DNA of 41,073 bases from the IMG/VR virus record IMGVR_UViG_3300024275_000018, positions 1 to 41,073 of that record; one strand, given 5' to 3'. Every line of letters starts with the position of its first letter. Position 1 is the stretch's first letter. Below the pieces are notes generated by a model. That model did not search any database. It was not told the origin of the DNA and was given only the letters and a program-made list of their open reading frames with translations. Positions 1 through 7,420 of this stretch are shown here, piece by piece. Position numbers and translations under genes: made by a program. The DNA comes from a virus (lineage: Duplodnaviria; Caudoviricetes).

Positions 1-98
1 CGGCGGCTTGGGCGGCGGCTTGGGCGGCGGCTTATCGTTCGTCCGCCGAACTTTTGTTCAAACTGATCGATGTCGAGATCGCGGCGGTCGTAGGATGA
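1..98 (+). CDS. C-terminal part of the Ala-rich repeat protein that starts at 40538
   Basis: The frame from base 3 reads AAWAAAWAAAYRSSAELLFKLIDVEIAAVVG*. TGA 96-98 overlaps the next ATG at 95, and it uses the same GCGGCGGCTTGG unit seen at the right end. Confidence 0.8.
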   Translation, partial: AAWAAAWAAAYRSSAELLFKLIDVEIAAVVG

Positions 99-466
99 TC
101 GCAGCTGCGCAGCGATCAAGGCCTCAGCGCCTTCAACGCCCACGGCGGCGCGGGCTCGATCGCCGGGCGCCAGAGGGCGCGGTATACGTCGGACGACCCT
201 CCATTTTCGCCAACCCATTCCGCAGTGAGCGGTTCGGCCATGTCCGGAGCATTAAGCTGCATCGCCGCTGGCTCGCCTTCCAGCTCGGCGCACTGACGCT
301 AGAACGGCTTGGCTTCACACCACACGAAATTGACGCACTGGATCGCTGGCGCTCGCGGTTGGTCAACCGGCTGCCCGCGATCGCCGGGTGTGACCTGCAG
401 TGCTGGTGCCCGCTCACCAGCAAATGGTGCCATGCCGATACGCTACTGATGACAGCCAACAAATGA
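95..466 (+). CDS. DUF4326-like phage protein
   Basis: Motifs AVYVGRPSIFANPF and DLQCWCP...CHADTL; ATGA coupling at both ends (true start 95, not 8). Confidence 0.85.
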   Translation: MIAAAQRSRPQRLQRPRRRGLDRRAPEGAVYVGRPSIFANPFRSERFGHVRSIKLHRRWLAFQLGALTLERLGFTPHEIDALDRWRSRLVNRLPAIAGCDLQCWCPLTSKWCHADTLLMTANK

Positions 467-606
467 ACACCCCCGCGCGGATCAGCCGAGAGCCGGTGCC
501 CGAGCTCCTCGCGCTGGTCCGCGCCATCGCCCGCGCCCAGGCCGAGACCGACATGGCCCAGTGGCTTGCCAAACAGGATGCATCGGGCCGAAAAGCAACG
601 GCGTGA
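463..606 (+). CDS. 47-aa helical protein, candidate recombination directionality factor
   Basis: MNTPARISREPVPELLALVRAIARAQAE...; ATGA overlap upstream and GTGA overlap with the integrase start. Function is inferred from position only. Confidence 0.6.
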   Translation: MNTPARISREPVPELLALVRAIARAQAETDMAQWLAKQDASGRKATA

Positions 607-2255
607 CACGCGCCGCAATCTACGCCCGCTATTCCAGCGATCGGCAATCTGAGTTCTCGGCCGAGGACCAGGCGCGGCTCTGTCGACAACTGGCTGACCG
701 CGAAGGCTGGACGATCGTCGGCGAGTTCCTTGACCGTGCAATCAGTGGCGCGACCCGCGACCGGCCCGAGCTGATGGCCATGATGGCGCGCGCGGCAGAC
801 TTCGACGTCGTGCTGTGTGAATCGCTCGATCGGCTCAGCCGCGACCAGGAAGATATCGCGGCGATCCACAAGCGGCTGCGCTTTGCTGGGGTGGATATCG
901 TTACCCTGGCCGATGGCGCGGTCGGCGAAATCCACATCGGCCTTAAGGGCACGATGGCCGCCCTCTTCCTCAAGGACCTGGGCGAAAAGACACGGCGAGG
1001 TCAGATCGGCCGCGTCGCCGCCGGTAGGATCCCCGGTGGGCTGTCCTACGGGTATGAGAAGGTCGTGGCGCTCGACGCGCGCGGCGAGCCGGAACGCGGC
1101 CTGCGCCGGATTTGCGAAACCGAAGCAGCGATCGTGCGCAGGATCTTCCGCGAATATGCCGCAGGCATCGGTCCGCGCGATATCGCCAAACAGCTCAACG
1201 CCGATGGCGTGAAGCCGCCGCGCGGCGATGTCTGGCGGGCCAACACGATCATCGGTCACCGCCAGCGGCGCAACGGCATAATCAACAATGAGCTCTACGC
1301 AGGGCGTATCGTCTTCAACCGGCAGAGATTCATCCGCGACCCAGAAACTCGCAAGCGAGTCTCACGCGTCAACCCGCCCGAAGAGTGGCTGATCCAAGAA
1401 GTCCCGGCGCTTCGGATTGTCGACGAAGCCACGTGGGAGGGTGTTAGCCGCTCATCGCATCGCGGACCACGCATGCGCGCCGCACGGCGCCCTAAGCGGC
1501 TGCTAAGCGGCCTGCTGCGCTGCGGTGAGTGTGCCGGACCGGTTACGATCATTCAGGCAAATTACTGGGGCTGCTCGCATCACCGCGAGGCGGGCCTCTG
1601 CGGCAACGGTCGTCTACTGCGCAACGACCGCCTCGAGGCACGGGTCATGGCCGGTCTTACCGAGCGAATGCTCGAGCCGGACCTCTTCGACGCTTACTTC
1701 GAGACCTATTACGAACGGGCACACCAGGTGCTGCGCGAGCACCAGCGCAACCTGGGTCAACAGAAGGCCGAGCTGCGCGAGCTCGAGACGAAGATCAAGC
1801 GACTGGTCGACGCGATCGCGAACGGCGCGGCTGTGGATGCGGTGAAGGAGGCGCTCAACGAAGCGGTGGCGCGGAGGGATCGGATCAAGGCCGACGCCAC
1901 GGCGATCGACCCGTCGAACGTGATCCCGATGCAGCCCAAGCTCGCGGAAACGTACCGCGAGCGGGTGCGGGACCTGGCCAACAGCCTGACAGGGGAAGGC
2001 GTGGAGCGGGCGGAAGCGCGCGCGATGCTGCGCGGCATGATCGAGAAGATCGTCCTGGTGGCGCCGGCGACCGGTGAACCGAAGCGCGACGGCTCGGACA
2101 TCGCGATCGACATCTACGGCCGTCTCGCCGAGATCCTCACGATCGCAGATGCAACAAAAGCCCCCGATCAGAGATCGGAGGCTTTCGTAACGTTCCAGTT
2201 GGTTGCGGGGGCGCGCAGCCGTCTTTGCAGTGCATTGACGACCGTTCGCGTCTGA
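603..2255 (+). CDS. int: Large serine recombinase (integrase)
   Basis: AAIYARYSS catalytic motif, ESLDRLSR, recombinase domain (SYGY), Zn ribbon (LLSGLLRCGECAG..YWGC), coiled coil; GTG start at 603. Confidence 0.95.
   Translation: MTRAAIYARYSSDRQSEFSAEDQARLCRQLADREGWTIVGEFLDRAISGATRDRPELMAMMARAADFDVVLCESLDRLSRDQEDIAAIHKRLRFAGVDIVTLADGAVGEIHIGLKGTMAALFLKDLGEKTRRGQIGRVAAGRIPGGLSYGYEKVVALDARGEPERGLRRICETEAAIVRRIFREYAAGIGPRDIAKQLNADGVKPPRGDVWRANTIIGHRQRRNGIINNELYAGRIVFNRQRFIRDPETRKRVSRVNPPEEWLIQEVPALRIVDEATWEGVSRSSHRGPRMRAARRPKRLLSGLLRCGECAGPVTIIQANYWGCSHHREAGLCGNGRLLRNDRLEARVMAGLTERMLEPDLFDAYFETYYERAHQVLREHQRNLGQQKAELRELETKIKRLVDAIANGAAVDAVKEALNEAVARRDRIKADATAIDPSNVIPMQPKLAETYRERVRDLANSLTGEGVERAEARAMLRGMIEKIVLVAPATGEPKRDGSDIAIDIYGRLAEILTIADATKAPDQRSEAFVTFQLVAGARSRLCSALTTVRV
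2151..2185 (-). terminator. Intrinsic terminator, antisense within int, downstream of the tRNA-like att core
   Basis: Minus strand AAAGCCTCCGATC-TCT-GATCGGGGGCTTT-TGTTG. The single mismatch is a G-U pair only on the minus strand. Confidence 0.7.
2200..2212 (-). other. attP core identical to the tRNA-fMet 3' end
   Basis: Minus strand reads GCCCCCGCAACCA, the acceptor-stem/CCA end of initiator tRNA. The rest of the tRNA is absent. Confidence 0.8.
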
Positions 2256-2425
2256 ACCTAGCAGCGGCGCATGCCGCCACCTGATCCGTCAACGATCGTT
2301 TACTGCCTGGCCTGCCGGCGACCGGTGAATGGCAAGGGCTGGTTCGGTCCGGGCTGTCAATGTGGTCGACCGGCGGCAGACGCGCTCAAAGGCGCGCACA
2401 GTGCCGGAACGCGACCGCCGAAGCT

Positions 2426-2596
2426 CTAGCCGAAATAGCCCTCGATATCGCTGGCCATGTGGCCGACCTTGGCCACGGCTTCGCGCAGATCCTCCTCGTT
2501 GCAACCGAAGCGGCTGCACCAGTAGCGGACCTCATAGTCCTCAGTCAGGCTGACCCGCTTGCGATCGGCAGGACCGCGCTTCGATTTATCGTCCAT
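2426..2596 (-). CDS. DUF3606-like small protein
   Basis: MDDKSKRGPADRKRVSLTEDYEVRYWCSRFG...LREAVAKVG; TGATG coupling to the upstream gene. Confidence 0.85.
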   Translation of the reverse strand: MDDKSKRGPADRKRVSLTEDYEVRYWCSRFGCNEEDLREAVAKVGHMASDIEGYFG

Positions 2597-2925
2597 CAGA
2601 ATATCCCCAGGAATTTGCGCCGCGTGGCGCGCTTCACCGCTTCGGCGTCCCGCGCATCGCATCGCTCGACAATGCCGATCGCGTCCTTGGTCCGACCGTT
2701 GGCCTGGTCGAGCTTGGCCGTTTGCTGGTCGCCGAAGACGATCCAGTCGCCGATCGTGTTGCCGTCCGGCAGCTCGGCCGCGGCGACCCCCTGACGCCAT
2801 TCAGCGGGCAGGAGCGTTGAGCAGCTTGCACTTTGGGTTGTCACGATAGGCGGCCCGCCGGCACAGGCTGCGCAGGCCAGCATCGCGAGCAGCGGGATTG
2901 ACCGCGTCATTCGAACCGTCCGCAT
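2596..2925 (-). CDS. o-spanin (Rz1-like lipoprotein)
   Basis: Lipoprotein signal (MRTVRMTRSIPLLAMLACAA-C); overlaps the 3' part of the upstream membrane gene in another frame. The start may be 2910. Confidence 0.7.
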   Translation of the reverse strand: MRTVRMTRSIPLLAMLACAACAGGPPIVTTQSASCSTLLPAEWRQGVAAAELPDGNTIGDWIVFGDQQTAKLDQANGRTKDAIGIVERCDARDAEAVKRATRRKFLGIF

Positions 2926-3217
2926 TGCGGATCTCCTCTTCGTTGCGTCGGGACTGGTCGTCAGAGGCCCGCTCGCGGGCGTCAGACGCCGATACGGTGT
3001 TAACGGCGTCGGCGGCGCTGTTGACGCCAGCGCCGTGCTGAGCGGTGTCCACACGCCCCTGAGCGCGCTGTTGGCCGCCGCTCGAGCATCGCGTGATCGC
3101 GATCGCTGCGGCGGCCACCAGCAGAACGACGGCGAACAAGGCTGCAGTCGCGATCGCGCGCGCGGCTCGCTCCGACAATCCGCGAGCCATCAGACCAGCG
3201 ATGATCGATCCCATCAT
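2801..3217 (-). CDS. i-spanin (Rz-like)
   Basis: One N-terminal TM helix, a helical periplasmic region and C-terminal Cys residues; downstream of the endolysin. Confidence 0.7.
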   Translation of the reverse strand: MMGSIIAGLMARGLSERAARAIATAALFAVVLLVAAAAIAITRCSSGGQQRAQGRVDTAQHGAGVNSAADAVNTVSASDARERASDDQSRRNEEEIRNADGSNDAVNPAARDAGLRSLCRRAAYRDNPKCKLLNAPAR

Positions 3218-3327
3218 CCATTCCTTTCAGTTGAGATCAGCAATGGGCGCCGAGGGTCGCCCGCGTGGTGGGCGATGTGCGCGACGGCGCAGCCCAGGAG
3301 CACCGCCGCAACCGCGACCCGCGTCAC
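3214..3327 (-). CDS. 37-aa hydrophobic peptide in the lysis cassette (not in the ORF track)
   Basis: MTRVAVAAVLLGCAVAHIAHHAGDPRRPLLISTERNG*; GTGA and ATGA overlaps at the two ends. Confidence 0.5.
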   Translation of the reverse strand: MTRVAVAAVLLGCAVAHIAHHAGDPRRPLLISTERNG

Positions 3328-3740
3328 GGCTTGGTTTCCACTGGCACCGGATCGTCTGGCGGATTGGTAACCGTCACAGGCAGCGGCCCATCGTCGCCGC
3401 CAACTTTCAGGCTGCCAAGCTTGGTCGACAGCTCAAGGCCCGCCTTGGCCTCGCGGACCACCGAGACTAGGTGCGACAGCGACAGCGCTCCGACCAGGCC
3501 GATCGCCACATATTTGCCGATGTCGAGCTGGGCGAGCAGGATAGGTTGGCACCGCCATGCGACCAGCGCCGTGGCAGTGGTCAGCTTGAATTCCTCGAGC
3601 ACTGGGCACCATGCCGCCGGCGACAGGATGCGGTTGAGCAGCCAGACGAGAATCCCGCCGATCAGCGGAATTGACAGGGCGTTGATGAACGACGCGAACG
3701 AGATCGCCCATGGCAACTTGAAGCGAGGCAGGAGGGTCAT
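3324..3740 (-). CDS. Two-TM membrane protein, holin candidate
   Basis: Two hydrophobic segments; ATGA-coupled to the endolysin stop. Confidence 0.55.
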   Translation of the reverse strand: MTLLPRFKLPWAISFASFINALSIPLIGGILVWLLNRILSPAAWCPVLEEFKLTTATALVAWRCQPILLAQLDIGKYVAIGLVGALSLSHLVSVVREAKAGLELSTKLGSLKVGGDDGPLPVTVTNPPDDPVPVETKP

Positions 3741-4231
3741 GCCTTGATCTCGAAATGCGGCCCGTCGATGAAGTCCGGGCCTGGGTGACGCGCGCAATAG
3801 GCGGCCACGGCCGCCTGGAGCGCCGCAGGCGCGTCCTCGAGCGTCGCGGCGTCCGGCGCCAGCTCGCCGAGTTCACGGTCCCAGCTGCCTCCCCAGCGCA
3901 GCCTGATGCCGTGATGGCGCGCGGCGATCAGCATCGCCGCGGCGATGTGATAGATCGCAGGCCATTCCCAGCGCACCTTGCCGTTGATGTATGGCACCAG
4001 GTCGACCGCATGGCCGAGCCCGTCCGCCTGCTTCATGTGCTGGCTATGTGTGACGCGGGTCGTCCCGCGGCGAAGATATTCCTGCTGCTCGGCCGAGGTT
4101 CGGAGGCCGTCGTTAACGACGAAATCCTGGGTGGTGATGGCGATCGCGCTCTCGACGCATTGCACCAACTTCGGGTGCACGCCGAGGAGCTCGGCGCGCG
4201 ATCGCGCGCCAAGGGCATAAGTCATCGTCAT
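3737..4231 (-). CDS. Endolysin, peptidase M15 (L-Ala-D-Glu peptidase-like)
   Basis: LLGVHPKL, DGLRT, SQHM..GHAVD, RWGGSW, DGPHFE. Confidence 0.92.
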   Translation of the reverse strand: MTMTYALGARSRAELLGVHPKLVQCVESAIAITTQDFVVNDGLRTSAEQQEYLRRGTTRVTHSQHMKQADGLGHAVDLVPYINGKVRWEWPAIYHIAAAMLIAARHHGIRLRWGGSWDRELGELAPDAATLEDAPAALQAAVAAYCARHPGPDFIDGPHFEIKA

Positions 4232-4237
4232 TTCCCT

Positions 4238-4741
4238 TCAGTCGAGTGGTGGTTCGCCCGATCGTCGAGCGCGTTTCAGCAGTTCCATCATGTCGAGCGG
4301 CGCCAGCGGATCGAGCAGGTAGGCCGAGTGCAGCAGCTCGTCGGCGCGCTTCAATGCATCGCTCTCCGGCTTGATCGCCCGGAGCTCGCTCGCGATCAGC
4401 TGATAACCGCCGAGCAGCGCCGTTCGCTCGCGGCGCCATTGCTCAGCATCGGCAGCGCGCTGGGTCTGCCATTCTCTTGCTTCTGCGGTTCGCTCGGCCT
4501 TGGACTGTTCGAGCTCGCGGGCGATCTCGGCCCAATGCTGACGCTGCTGATCGTCGAACCGGTCTTCCCGGGCGTTGAGTTCGCGCTGCCACGCGTCGAG
4601 CTTGGCGCCGCGGCTCTCCTCGCGTTTGTATTGCCAGCCCAGCAGCCAGGCGAACCCCTTGCCGATACAAGCCAACAGGGCGACCAGGCCGGCGAACGCG
4701 CCGCCGATCTCGCCGACGCTCGGGTCAGGCCATCCGCTCAT
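4238..4741 (-). CDS. Single-TM coiled-coil protein, holin/antiholin candidate
   Basis: N-terminal TM segment followed by a charged coiled coil; first gene of the lysis block. The start may be 4753. Confidence 0.55.
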   Translation of the reverse strand: MSGWPDPSVGEIGGAFAGLVALLACIGKGFAWLLGWQYKREESRGAKLDAWQRELNAREDRFDDQQRQHWAEIARELEQSKAERTAEAREWQTQRAADAEQWRRERTALLGGYQLIASELRAIKPESDALKRADELLHSAYLLDPLAPLDMMELLKRARRSGEPPLD

Positions 4742-4822
4742 TACGCTGCGCACTCCTTGGCCGGTTATTTGATCGATACTGTGTGTTAAGTGTCGCGCGC
4801 CCCAAGGGAGGGGTCGGACATT

Positions 4823-4924
4823 TTGCGGGCATTTCTTGAGTGGGCCGAACAGAACGCTCTGACGATTGTCGCTTGGGCCTACGTCACCGCGTTCATCATC
4901 GCGGTGCTAATCCTGGTCGTGTGA
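4823..4924 (+). CDS. 33-aa single-TM peptide, first gene of the moron (not in the ORF track)
   Basis: TTG start after AAGGGAGGGG; MRAFLEWAEQNALTIVAWAYVTAFIIAVLILVV*. Confidence 0.55.
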   Translation: MRAFLEWAEQNALTIVAWAYVTAFIIAVLILVV

Positions 4925-4956
4925 GGCCCGCGGCGGGACATCGCCGCGAGCCGGAC

Positions 4957-4985
4957 TTGGCTTCCTTGTTTAATTTGCGTTAGTG
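4957..4985 (+). promoter_or_regulatory. Putative sigma70 promoter of the moron
   Basis: TTGGCT-17 nt-TTAGTG in an AT-rich patch, followed by GGGAGGG and TTG at 5013. Confidence 0.35.
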
Positions 4986-5012
4986 TCGCCCCGCTCGGGT
5001 CGGGAGGGCGCG

Positions 5013-5837
5013 TTGCGACAGTTCGGAATCTTGTTGGCTTTCGCGCTGGCGAACCTCGCCTGGATATGGATCGCGCTCGTCGGCCTTGAACGACTGTGGC
5101 CGCGCAACACGGTCAGCCTTCGCAGCCAGGCCCGGTCGGCGGGCTTCTGGCTGATTTACACGGTCGCCGCCGTCCTCGTCACGGCGCTCACGACCTCATG
5201 GCTGGCCGGTCACAAGCCGCTTTATGGGGTCGGGATTGCTGGCGCGGTCAAAGGAACGTCGTTGTGGTGGAGCGCCTATATCCTCGGGCCGCTGGCGTTC
5301 CTGTTGGTCTATGATTTCTTCAACTATTGGATGCACCGCGCGCAACACAAATGGTTCTGGAGACAGCACGCGATCCACCATTCAATCGAGAATTTGAGCG
5401 CGATCAACTCCTATTTTCACCCCACCGAACCATTGTTTAGGCTCGCCTGCATCACCTTTCCGATGACTTTCCTGTTTGGTGTTGACGGCGCTGGAGCAAG
5501 CGTGTTGGCGGCGATGCTCGACGCGGCTTACGGCAACTTTATCCACTCTCCGATCAGCGTTCACTTTGGCCGGTTCGGCCGCTTTTTCCTGGTCGATAAC
5601 CGTTACCATCGGATCCATCATTCCGTTGAAGGGCGGCACTTCGACAAGAATTTCGCCACGGCAACACCAATTTGGGACGTCCTCTTTGGGACCGCGCACT
5701 TCCCGGCAGCGGACGAATGGCCTGACACTGGCGTTCACGACCAGCCCGAGCCGCGCACGGTCGGCGACTACTTGCTCCGCCCGGTGTCGAAGCCTTTCGA
5801 ACGCGCCAATCGCGGGGTCGCGCCCGTCCGGCGGTAA
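5013..5837 (+). CDS. Fatty acid hydroxylase / sterol desaturase family di-iron membrane enzyme
   Basis: His boxes YWMHRAQH, HAIHHS, FIHS, YHRIHH, plus KNFA..PIWDVLFGT; several TM helices. Confidence 0.93.
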   Translation: MRQFGILLAFALANLAWIWIALVGLERLWPRNTVSLRSQARSAGFWLIYTVAAVLVTALTTSWLAGHKPLYGVGIAGAVKGTSLWWSAYILGPLAFLLVYDFFNYWMHRAQHKWFWRQHAIHHSIENLSAINSYFHPTEPLFRLACITFPMTFLFGVDGAGASVLAAMLDAAYGNFIHSPISVHFGRFGRFFLVDNRYHRIHHSVEGRHFDKNFATATPIWDVLFGTAHFPAADEWPDTGVHDQPEPRTVGDYLLRPVSKPFERANRGVAPVRR

Positions 5838-6818
5838 ATGCGTTACGGCCTCATATTCGCGCTGGTCGCTGGAGCGATCGTCACCGCTGCCCTGATCGCG
5901 GCAGCGATCATCGCCGATGGCTTTGCCCTGGACTTCGGCGTGTTCTGGCGGGCCGCCCAAACTCCAGCGTCGGAAGTTTACCGGCCCGATCCATGGCTCC
6001 CTTTCGTTTACCCGCCGACGGCCATCCCGTGGCTGAGGCCGCTTGCGTTGCTTCCATTCTGGCCAGCGTTCGCACTGTGGTCCGCTCTGTCCGTCGCGCT
6101 GTTCTTCGTCGCGGCAAAGTCCCGCGCGTGGTGGCTGATTGCCCTTAGCCCGGGGCTCATTGAATGTGTCACCTTCGGTCAAACGTCCCTGTTCGTCGGT
6201 GCACTACTGCTGTTCGCCTGCACTCGTCGCGGGTGGCAAATGGGCGTGCTGTTGGCCGTGGCGTTCAGCCTGAAGCCGCAAATGCTGGTCATGGCCCCAC
6301 TGATCCTGTTGGTCCGCAGAGACTGGCCTGCGCTCGCCGGCGGCGCCCTATGCGGCCTTGCGCTCCTCCTCTTTACCTGCGCGCAATATGGTCCCGGTAT
6401 CTGGCTCGCCTGGCTCCGGGCCATGCCGGGGTTCGCGCAGGTCATCGACCATCGCAATCTCTATTGGGCGACGATTACGCCCTACGGCCTGGCGGCATGG
6501 TCCGGCGTGCCGCCCGTCCCCGTCTGGATCGCCTGCGCCGCGCTTTCGATCGCAGCGGTCCTGCGATCGGCGTGCCAGTGGGATAACCTCGCGATGCCTA
6601 TGGTCGTCACGAGCATTCTGACCGTGCCCTACGCCGTTCCTCATGACTTGGTTGCGGCTTTGCCCTGGTGCACCGCCATGCTGCTGCGCCGCGATCCCGA
6701 TTGGCGGCAAGCGCCGGCTGCGCTGCTGTTCTCGGCGACTATGGTGCCGATTGCCGCCGCGATGATAGCTGGCGATTGGGCCTTCGTAGTTAGACGAACG
6801 CCTCCACCAGAGGGATAG
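5838..6818 (+). CDS. GT-C fold membrane glycosyltransferase, GT87/DUF2029-like
   Basis: DFGVFW, PFVYPPTA, GQTS, LKPQ, HDL motifs; polytopic; starts directly after the hydroxylase stop. Confidence 0.85.
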   Translation: MRYGLIFALVAGAIVTAALIAAAIIADGFALDFGVFWRAAQTPASEVYRPDPWLPFVYPPTAIPWLRPLALLPFWPAFALWSALSVALFFVAAKSRAWWLIALSPGLIECVTFGQTSLFVGALLLFACTRRGWQMGVLLAVAFSLKPQMLVMAPLILLVRRDWPALAGGALCGLALLLFTCAQYGPGIWLAWLRAMPGFAQVIDHRNLYWATITPYGLAAWSGVPPVPVWIACAALSIAAVLRSACQWDNLAMPMVVTSILTVPYAVPHDLVAALPWCTAMLLRRDPDWRQAPAALLFSATMVPIAAAMIAGDWAFVVRRTPPPEG

Positions 6819-7419
6819 TATCATAGGTATTGAATGTTTGCGTGTAGCCAGTCGCGCCGACTGTCGCTGCATCATCGCCTAGCTTGTACCAGTGAGTATC
6901 AGCGTTGGCTGTCTGATTTATCGCATAGCTAGTCGCGCCGCTGGTGTAGATCGAGATTACGATGTCGTGTGTTCCGTCGTAGCCTAGAGTTACAGCATCG
7001 GTGAGGACTGTCGCGCCCGTGCCTACGGTAAAGCTAGCGCTTCCTCCCACAAAGACTTGAACCGGAGTGGTCGAGAACGCGTAGGAGCCAGATCCGGCGC
7101 CGACCTGCACATACATCTTGGTTACGGCGATCTGCCCGCTCGCCGGTCCCTTAAGAGTAATCCTGATTTGGCTTCCGGTTGCGTCGGTCAGACTTGCAGC
7201 CGCCAGCACTTGGCGCGCGCTGTAACCGGCCCAGCCTGAGCTATCGACGTTGAGCGTGCGCGAAAGAACGGTCGTCCACGCCGCGGCCGCCGCCGCCCGT
7301 CCCATGAGCATGCCGCTGGGGAAGGGCACCGCGGCGGCCGAGTTGCCCACCAGCGCCGCGACGACGACGAAACTGATCAGCGCGAATGCGCGCCTCGCTC
7401 GGCGAATTAGCGAGATCAT
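6790..7419 (-). CDS. Putative receptor-binding/fibre tip protein with signal-peptide-like N-terminus
   Basis: Last gene of the tail block; beta-rich Thr/Ser/Gly domain; N-terminus is basic, then hydrophobic, then SAAA. Confidence 0.55.
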   Translation of the reverse strand: MISLIRRARRAFALISFVVVAALVGNSAAAVPFPSGMLMGRAAAAAAWTTVLSRTLNVDSSGWAGYSARQVLAAASLTDATGSQIRITLKGPASGQIAVTKMYVQVGAGSGSYAFSTTPVQVFVGGSASFTVGTGATVLTDAVTLGYDGTHDIVISIYTSGATSYAINQTANADTHWYKLGDDAATVGATGYTQTFNTYDTIPLVEAFV

Positions 7420-7420
7420 C

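Noticed and set aside
8-94. Gly-rich N-terminus MGGGLGGGL of ORF 8..466
   Set aside because: Off-frame reading of the Ala repeat; the coupled ATG at 95 is the better start.
2190-2290. Complete tRNA gene
   Set aside because: Only the last 13 nt match. No T-loop or anticodon arm follows, so this is an att core.
4925-4951. Terminator within the moron
   Set aside because: A GC stem is present but there is no adjacent U-tract on either strand; role unclear.
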